From Candidatus Omnitrophota bacterium (GTDB lineage: Bacteria; Ratteibacteria; UBA8468; MWAK01), in contig JAZDPL010000071.1 in the NCBI GenBank assembly GCA_043797665.1, forward strand, positions 1 through 43,729: a stretch of 43,729 bases of DNA. The letters run 5' to 3'. A model generated the notes under the pieces. The model was not told where the DNA came from. It searched no databases and was given only the letters and a program-made list of their open reading frames with translations. Both the position numbers and the translations under genes were made by a program. How positions within the stretch are numbered: the stretch's first letter is position 1; each line of letters opens with the position of its first letter. Below are positions 38,437 through 43,729 of this stretch, piece by piece.

Positions 38437-40869
38437 ATGGGTAAGAGAATAATGAAGCGGATGGTTGAAATGTTGTTTTGTAGTTTAGGGACAATATTTG
38501 TTCTTATGGCTTTGCCACTGCGGGCAGGAGAACTCCTCCTGGCGGAAAAGGGAACCACTAAGTATGCCATCGTACTTTCTAACCAAGCCAGTAAATCGGA
38601 AAAGACTGCCGCGGAAGAACTGGCCGGGTACCTTCAGGAAATAACCGGAGCTACCTTCCAGATAATTACTGAGGATAAAGAAGTACCTGGCCCGCGTATC
38701 ATTGTTGGTCCGGGTACGCTCGGTAATTCCATTCTGGGCAAGGAAGCCGTTGGCCAGATGGCTGAGGAGGAATTCATTATCCGAACCGCAGGTTCTGACC
38801 TCCTGCTGGTTGGAGGCCGGCCCCGAGGGACGCTTTATGCGGTCTATTCGTTTCTGGAGAACGACCTGGGTTACCGGTGGCTGAACTGGTACGGTAACGA
38901 AGTGATACCCAAAAAAGAAACCCTTCGGGTAAATAGGATTGACCGCAAAGAAAAACCCGCCTTTAGATCAAGGGACGTCTACTTCCGTAACTATACCGAT
39001 ATGGAACAGATGAAAAGATTTCTCATCTGTAATCGTATTCAAGGACCTAACCTCCGGTGGCTTCACGGAGATGAATATATTTCCCGGTACGGAGGAATTT
39101 ACTACCGAGAAATAGCACCCGGGTGTCACACTCTCTTCTATTACATCCCTCCAGGCGAAGCCCCCACAAGATGTTCTTTTGCGTACTTTCAGTCAAGAGA
39201 CCAAAATAATTACTTCAAGACCAACCCGGAGTATTTTTCTTTGATCGACGGTCGGCGGGTACCCTGCCAGCAGTTGTGTTTCAGCAATCCTGGACTGCGA
39301 CGTACCCTTACGGCGGAGGTCGAAAAATATATAAAATTCGTCGAGGGAGAAGGTGACCTGTCTATTTCGGCGGTCGGGGGAAAAAATCTCCTGTCTATTT
39401 CGGCGATGGATTCTCCTGGTGACTTATGCCAATGTCCTGAATGTCAGGAACTTGTGAAACGCGAGGGAACACCTGGTGCGCCGTTATTTGACTATCTGGT
39501 AGAATTGGCAAATTACATCCGGGATAAGTATCCGGGGGTCTTTATCACCACCCTTGCCTACCGCCGGGGCCAAACAGAAAAACCGCCCCTCCATCTTAAG
39601 ATGCCGGAGAATGTAGTCATTGTCTTTGCTCCTATCGACAATAACTTTTCAGCTCCTTTTGAGGACCAGTCAAACGAAGAAACCTTTGAGAATATCAAGT
39701 CCTGGACTTCAGTAACCAAACATCTCCTGGTCTGGTACTATCCAAACCCTTACGGTGATATGCTTCCCATAGGGAACCTTGAAAATGCCGCAAAAGATTT
39801 TCGGTTTTTCCGAAAAATCGGTGTGGAAGGATTCATGCTGGAACATGATTCCGGTATCTATGAGTCGCATCACCTTGCGGATTTGCAGACGTGGCTATTA
39901 GCCAAATTGATGTGGAACCCGGACCAGAATTTTAATACACTCACAGAAGATTTCACCAATAATTTCTATGGTAAGGCCGCTCCATTTATCCGGAAGTATC
40001 TCTACGCACTGGAAAAAGCGACTCAAGGAATGACCACCACCATGTCCTGGATTCCGGCAGCCAGGGCATATTGTTTTCTGACGCCAGAGTTACTGATTGC
40101 CTCCCAAAAGATATTTGACCAGGCGGAAGAAGTGGTTCTCAATGATCCGGTTCTCTTGTTACGCGTCAGGCAGGCCAGAATGAGTCTGGACCGCGCCTCG
40201 TTCCACTTCCGGAGAGATATTTCGGCCATTCCGGACTCAGGATTAGAACGGGAAGAAATAGCCCGGCGTTACCGCGACACCTATCAGAAGACGATTGAAA
40301 AAAGGATTAGACCGGAATTTAGGCAAGAATTTTCCAGATATGTGGAAGATTTTTTCAATCCGCGGTTGAGGATAACGTCGACACTCAAACTTAAACCCTT
40401 GCCTGTCCCACTCAATGAAATTCCCGAAGAGAAGGTTCAACAGGTGGTTCCGGATTCCTCACAACTCTATCGTGATGCAACAATCGAAAAGGACCCGGAC
40501 TCGGCTTCCGGAATAGCCATAACCAAAGAAACCGGAGGAGAACTCCCCTTCAACTTAGGTTATTATGACGGAACCACCAAACGACAATTGCCTCGCAACA
40601 TAACGAAGGATGAAATATGTTCCAGCGGCTACAATCTTTATAAAATTGGCCGAACAACCTTGAACGAACAGTGTCTGGTCTGGATAAGCAGTTCCTGGTG
40701 GATAGGGTTTCCTGCTATATCTGCTTGTTACGATAGTGATGACCCTGAAAAAGAATGGGACATTTACGCCTCTCTCCGGTTTGAAGGACCAACCTATCCG
40801 CACGGTCCAAAGAGTACGGTCGACCGGGTCTTTGTGGACCGGGTGGTGCTGGTTCCAGTCGAGGAATGA
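38437..40869 (+). CDS. Secreted DUF4838-family protein
   Basis: Signal peptide; AAEELAGYLQEITGA; RGTLYAVYSFLE..LGYRW; HT; PEYF; QLCFSNP; MD....CQC..C; LAY; KLMWNP. Paralogous to 29102-31579. Confidence 0.82.
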   Translation: MGKRIMKRMVEMLFCSLGTIFVLMALPLRAGELLLAEKGTTKYAIVLSNQASKSEKTAAEELAGYLQEITGATFQIITEDKEVPGPRIIVGPGTLGNSILGKEAVGQMAEEEFIIRTAGSDLLLVGGRPRGTLYAVYSFLENDLGYRWLNWYGNEVIPKKETLRVNRIDRKEKPAFRSRDVYFRNYTDMEQMKRFLICNRIQGPNLRWLHGDEYISRYGGIYYREIAPGCHTLFYYIPPGEAPTRCSFAYFQSRDQNNYFKTNPEYFSLIDGRRVPCQQLCFSNPGLRRTLTAEVEKYIKFVEGEGDLSISAVGGKNLLSISAMDSPGDLCQCPECQELVKREGTPGAPLFDYLVELANYIRDKYPGVFITTLAYRRGQTEKPPLHLKMPENVVIVFAPIDNNFSAPFEDQSNEETFENIKSWTSVTKHLLVWYYPNPYGDMLPIGNLENAAKDFRFFRKIGVEGFMLEHDSGIYESHHLADLQTWLLAKLMWNPDQNFNTLTEDFTNNFYGKAAPFIRKYLYALEKATQGMTTTMSWIPAARAYCFLTPELLIASQKIFDQAEEVVLNDPVLLLRVRQARMSLDRASFHFRRDISAIPDSGLEREEIARRYRDTYQKTIEKRIRPEFRQEFSRYVEDFFNPRLRITSTLKLKPLPVPLNEIPEEKVQQVVPDSSQLYRDATIEKDPDSASGIAITKETGGELPFNLGYYDGTTKRQLPRNITKDEICSSGYNLYKIGRTTLNEQCLVWISSSWWIGFPAISACYDSDDPEKEWDIYASLRFEGPTYPHGPKSTVDRVFVDRVVLVPVEE

Positions 40870-40969
40870 AAAAACAGATAAGTAAGGGATAATCCAAAAG
40901 AACCAGTTTGTTATCTTTTCGACCTTAAAGCCTGAAAATCCGTGTCCCTATTATTAAAGAGGTAATTCT

Positions 40970-42256
40970 ATGACTGACCGATTCGGCGATGGACGCGACT
41001 GGTTTTTTGAGGAGCGTTTTGGTTTGTTCGTGCATTGGGGGTTGTACGCCATTCCCGCCTGGCATGAACAAATTCAGTATAGAAAGAGAATTCCGCGAAA
41101 GGAGTATGAAAAGCTGATCTATGAGTTTAACCCGACCCGTTTCGTCCCAGACACGTGGTTGGATCTGGCGGAGGAGGCGGGCATGAAATACGTCTGTTTC
41201 ACCACAAAACACATTGATGGTTTCTGTTTATGGGATACAGCGCAGACAGATTACAATGTAATGCATTCTCCCTACGGGAAGGATGTTCTTGGAATACTTG
41301 CCGATGCTTGTCACCGCAGGAATTTCCCCCTCTGTCTGTACTATTCGGTTGTAGACATGCACCACCCGAATTATCCTAATCAGAACCGGAGCTATGAGTT
41401 GGCCGGGCCAGAGATAGGTGATGAGCCGGATTTGGATAGGTACATGATTTTCGTGAAGGAGCAGGTCCGGGAGCTCTGCACCCAGTACGGGGAGATCCAC
41501 GGTTTCTGGTGGGATGCAAACGTAATGAAACACAGGGACCCATCGATCAACAGTTTGATTCGTTCTCTGCAGCCAAAAGCGGTCATTAACGGACGAGGTT
41601 TTGATGACGGCGATTTTTGCACGCCTGAGCGGGATTGGGATGATTCTGTAAATAAACTTCCGGCTTTTAAGCGTCCCACCGAGGCCTGTCAATCAGTGGG
41701 CACGGAGAGCTGGGGGTATAAGGAGGATGAAAATTACTACAGTGATATTCATCTCATTCGAAATATTGACAAGATCCTGGCCAAAGGAGGTAATTACCTC
41801 CTGAACGTCGGTCCCACAGCGGACGGCAGTATCCCGCCTGAGGCGGTGCGGATCCTGAGAACCATCGGGAAATGGTATCATGCTGTCCAAGAGGCCTTTG
41901 ATCAGAGTGAACCTGTCTCTCACATGACCGAAAACCCAGATGTACTACTGACAAGAAAAAATAATATTTTTTATGTTCATCTGTTCAAGTGCCCGGCCAG
42001 TACGAAAGTAATGCTCAAGCCCATAGATGTGATGCCCCGGCAGGCAAAACTACTTAACACAGGCGCGGAGGTAGAAGTCCGCGTGGATCTTCTTCCCAGC
42101 TTACATCCGGAGAATAAAAAATATTTGTACATCCGCAACCTGCCGGTCAATGAACTTGTGAACACGGTGATGGTTGTGAAGTTGAAGTTTGATAAATTTC
42201 CCGAATCGGGTTTCGAAGACCAAGGTGATTCACCATTCATGCGGCTCCAGTCATGA
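40970..42256 (+). CDS. Alpha-L-fucosidase (GH29), no signal peptide
   Basis: WF...RFGLFVHWGLY, FNP..F, AGMKY...TTKH.DGF.LW, EL.TQYG...GFWWD (nucleophile), SWGY and GGNYLLNVGP. Confidence 0.93.
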   Translation: MTDRFGDGRDWFFEERFGLFVHWGLYAIPAWHEQIQYRKRIPRKEYEKLIYEFNPTRFVPDTWLDLAEEAGMKYVCFTTKHIDGFCLWDTAQTDYNVMHSPYGKDVLGILADACHRRNFPLCLYYSVVDMHHPNYPNQNRSYELAGPEIGDEPDLDRYMIFVKEQVRELCTQYGEIHGFWWDANVMKHRDPSINSLIRSLQPKAVINGRGFDDGDFCTPERDWDDSVNKLPAFKRPTEACQSVGTESWGYKEDENYYSDIHLIRNIDKILAKGGNYLLNVGPTADGSIPPEAVRILRTIGKWYHAVQEAFDQSEPVSHMTENPDVLLTRKNNIFYVHLFKCPASTKVMLKPIDVMPRQAKLLNTGAEVEVRVDLLPSLHPENKKYLYIRNLPVNELVNTVMVVKLKFDKFPESGFEDQGDSPFMRLQS

Positions 42257-42345
42257 GGTTATTTTACCCGACATTAATCCTGCAAATGTAGCAGTTCTTT
42301 TTGATGCAGTAAGAAGTTAGTACGGAGTATTATAACGCACATCCC

Positions 42346-42392
42346 TTATGAAAACGTTGGGGTATGAGTGGCCGGGCGCCTATTTTGTCGGT
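42346..42392 (+). repeat. 47-bp direct repeat, right copy (start of the intact DegT ORF)
   Basis: Matches 37491-37537 with a single A/G difference (42351 versus 37496). Confidence 0.97.
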
Positions 42393-43595
42393 GCAGAAGA
42401 ACTGGAACTGGTAACAAAAGTGGTGCGGGCAAAGTCGCCTTTCCGGTACTACGGCCTGGACTGCCAGCACATGACCGACCGATTGGAAAAGGAGTTTGCC
42501 GGGTATACCGGAAGCCGGTATGCCTTAGCGGTAAGCAGCGGAACCTCAGCGCTGAACGTGGCTTTGGCTGCCCTGGGTGTCGGACCGGGCCAGGAAGTGA
42601 TTGTGCCCGGCTATATGTGGGTCAGCACCGTGGCTGCGGTGGTGAACCGGGGTGCCATTCCGGTTCTGGCTGAAATTGACGATTCTTTCTGCCTGGACCC
42701 GAAGGACTTGAAACGGAAAATTACTCCCCGGACCACGGTGGTGATCCCGGTCCATATGAGCGGTGCTCCCGGAAATATCTTGGAGGTCTGCGCCATCAGC
42801 CGCAGATATAATCTGAAGATTGTAGAAGACTGCGCCCAGGCTTGCGGCGCATCCTACCATAAGAAAAAAATCGGGACTTTCGGTGACATCGGCTGCTTCA
42901 GTTTCCAGTACAACAAGGCGATGACCACCGGCGAAGGAGGCATGGTAATCACCAATGATGAGCTCTTTTATAAACGGTCCCTGGCTGCCCATGACATTGG
43001 CCACAGCAGAAATTTAGCGGGTCGCCTGGTCGTTGACCCTAAGGTTCTCCTCTGGGGATTAGGAACCAGGATGAGCGAACTCCAGGCAGCTTTTGGCCTG
43101 GCGCAACTGCGAAAACTGAATAAGATAACCGATGCGATGCGAACAGCCAAGTACAAAATCCGCACTGCCGTCTCTAACCTTCCGGGTATCACCCTGCGCC
43201 GAATGGATGACCCAAAAGGCGATAACGGCTCCTTTCTCATTACCAGCTACCCTACCCCGGAAAAGGCAAAACGGATGTCAGAAAGATTAAAGATACTGGG
43301 CGTCCAGGCTGGTCCGGACAGCCTTCTTCTCTGCTATTTTGAACAATGGGGTTTCCATCTTTACTACAATATGCCGGCTCTGGTAAAAAAAGCCAGTACC
43401 TCTCCGGACGGATTCCCCTGGACCCATCCCTTGAACAAAAACAGCGTTTATGAGTATGATAAAGGAAGTCTGCCCCGGACCGATGACCTCTTCAGCCGGA
43501 GCGTCATTCAGGCGATTCCGTCTAACAGCCGTGCTAAAAACGCAGCAATGATTATAAAGGCATACCGGACCGCCGCCAAAGAGATATTAAAGTAA
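42348..43595 (+). CDS. DegT/DnrJ/EryC1/StrS family PLP-dependent aminotransferase
   Basis: SSGTSAL, G.EVIVP, PVHMSG, VEDCAQA.G, FSFQYNK.MTTGEGG and RMSELQAA.G. Confidence 0.95.
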   Translation: MKTLGYEWPGAYFVGAEELELVTKVVRAKSPFRYYGLDCQHMTDRLEKEFAGYTGSRYALAVSSGTSALNVALAALGVGPGQEVIVPGYMWVSTVAAVVNRGAIPVLAEIDDSFCLDPKDLKRKITPRTTVVIPVHMSGAPGNILEVCAISRRYNLKIVEDCAQACGASYHKKKIGTFGDIGCFSFQYNKAMTTGEGGMVITNDELFYKRSLAAHDIGHSRNLAGRLVVDPKVLLWGLGTRMSELQAAFGLAQLRKLNKITDAMRTAKYKIRTAVSNLPGITLRRMDDPKGDNGSFLITSYPTPEKAKRMSERLKILGVQAGPDSLLLCYFEQWGFHLYYNMPALVKKASTSPDGFPWTHPLNKNSVYEYDKGSLPRTDDLFSRSVIQAIPSNSRAKNAAMIIKAYRTAAKEILK

Positions 43596-43599
43596 ATTA

Positions 43600-43619
43600 C
43601 CCCGTGCTTCCGCACGGGG
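43600..43619. terminator. GC-rich hairpin after the DegT stop (possible terminator; no U-tract)
   Basis: CCCCGTGC-TTCC-GCACGGGG. Confidence 0.45.
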
Positions 43620-43657
43620 CATTGGGACATTAAAAATGTTTGTATTCAACATTCAAG

Positions 43658-43707
43658 GTAGGGGCTTGATTTATCAAGCCCGCGGGTCGGATAAATCCGA
43701 CCCCTAC
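43658..43707. repeat. GTAG-type REP doublet in inverted orientation
   Basis: GTAGGGGCTTGATTTATCAAGCCC-GC-GGGTCGGATAAATCCGACCCCTAC. Confidence 0.8.
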
Positions 43708-43729
43708 AATTTTGATTGCAAAACAACTC

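Larger units (their letters stand above)
37538..42345. mobile_element. 4.8-kb cassette (pilin + DUF4838 + GH29) inserted at the DegT gene start; no recombinase encoded
   Basis: Bracketed by the 47-bp direct repeat; both inner ends share AAGTTAGTA and CATCCCT motifs. Confidence 0.72.

Noticed and set aside
37491..42392. 47-bp repeat as a DGR template/variable pair
   Set aside because: Only one A/G difference, located at a gene start rather than a C-terminal variable region, and no reverse transcriptase in the window.
757..43240. Numerous antisense and alternate-frame ORFs in the track (for example 3868-4638, 24981-25499, 42546-43004)
   Set aside because: They are shadows of well-supported genes and have no motifs of their own.
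43600..43619. Hairpin as an IS200/IS605 end
   Set aside because: The resemblance is only superficial; no tnpA/tnpB or partner end lies in the window.
1..43729. CRISPR array or cas genes
   Set aside because: No run of regularly spaced repeats with unique spacers was seen, and no Cas motifs.

Overview
Bacterial window of moderate and very patchy GC content. The organism is a diderm (lpxA/lpxI present). It most likely belongs to the PVC superphylum, which I infer from the multiple prepilin-cleavage/H-X9-DG proteins. The dominant theme is a repeated module: (sugar-responsive regulator) -> prepilin-type N-methylation/H-X9-DG protein -> large secreted or cytoplasmic glycoside-hydrolase-like genes. 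It occurs with three intact pilin genes (6.8, 23.7 and 37.7 kb) and one or two collapsed remnants (0.58 and 10.05 kb), and no SusC/SusD or ABC transporter is present. Two of the modules lie in segments bounded by direct repeats. (i) A tRNA-Thr(TGT) gene at 16057-16128 has islands on both sides: a 5'-half duplication at 13579-13618 and a 3'-end duplication at 32580-32601, with a truncated tyrosine integrase next to the tRNA. (ii) A 4.8-kb pilin + DUF4838 + GH29 cassette with no recombinase gene is bracketed by a 47-bp direct repeat, which is the first 15 codons of a DegT-family aminotransferase gene. The window also holds three toxin-antitoxin-like pairs, a three-gene operon (GspG-like protein, a PqqD-like/degenerate site-2-protease/2x cNMP membrane protein, and a small Cys-rich protein), a hybrid histidine kinase, several deletion-collapsed gene mosaics, a hydrolase gene broken at two homopolymer runs, and several REP-like palindromes. 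All family calls come from motif recognition by eye; no database searches were run.
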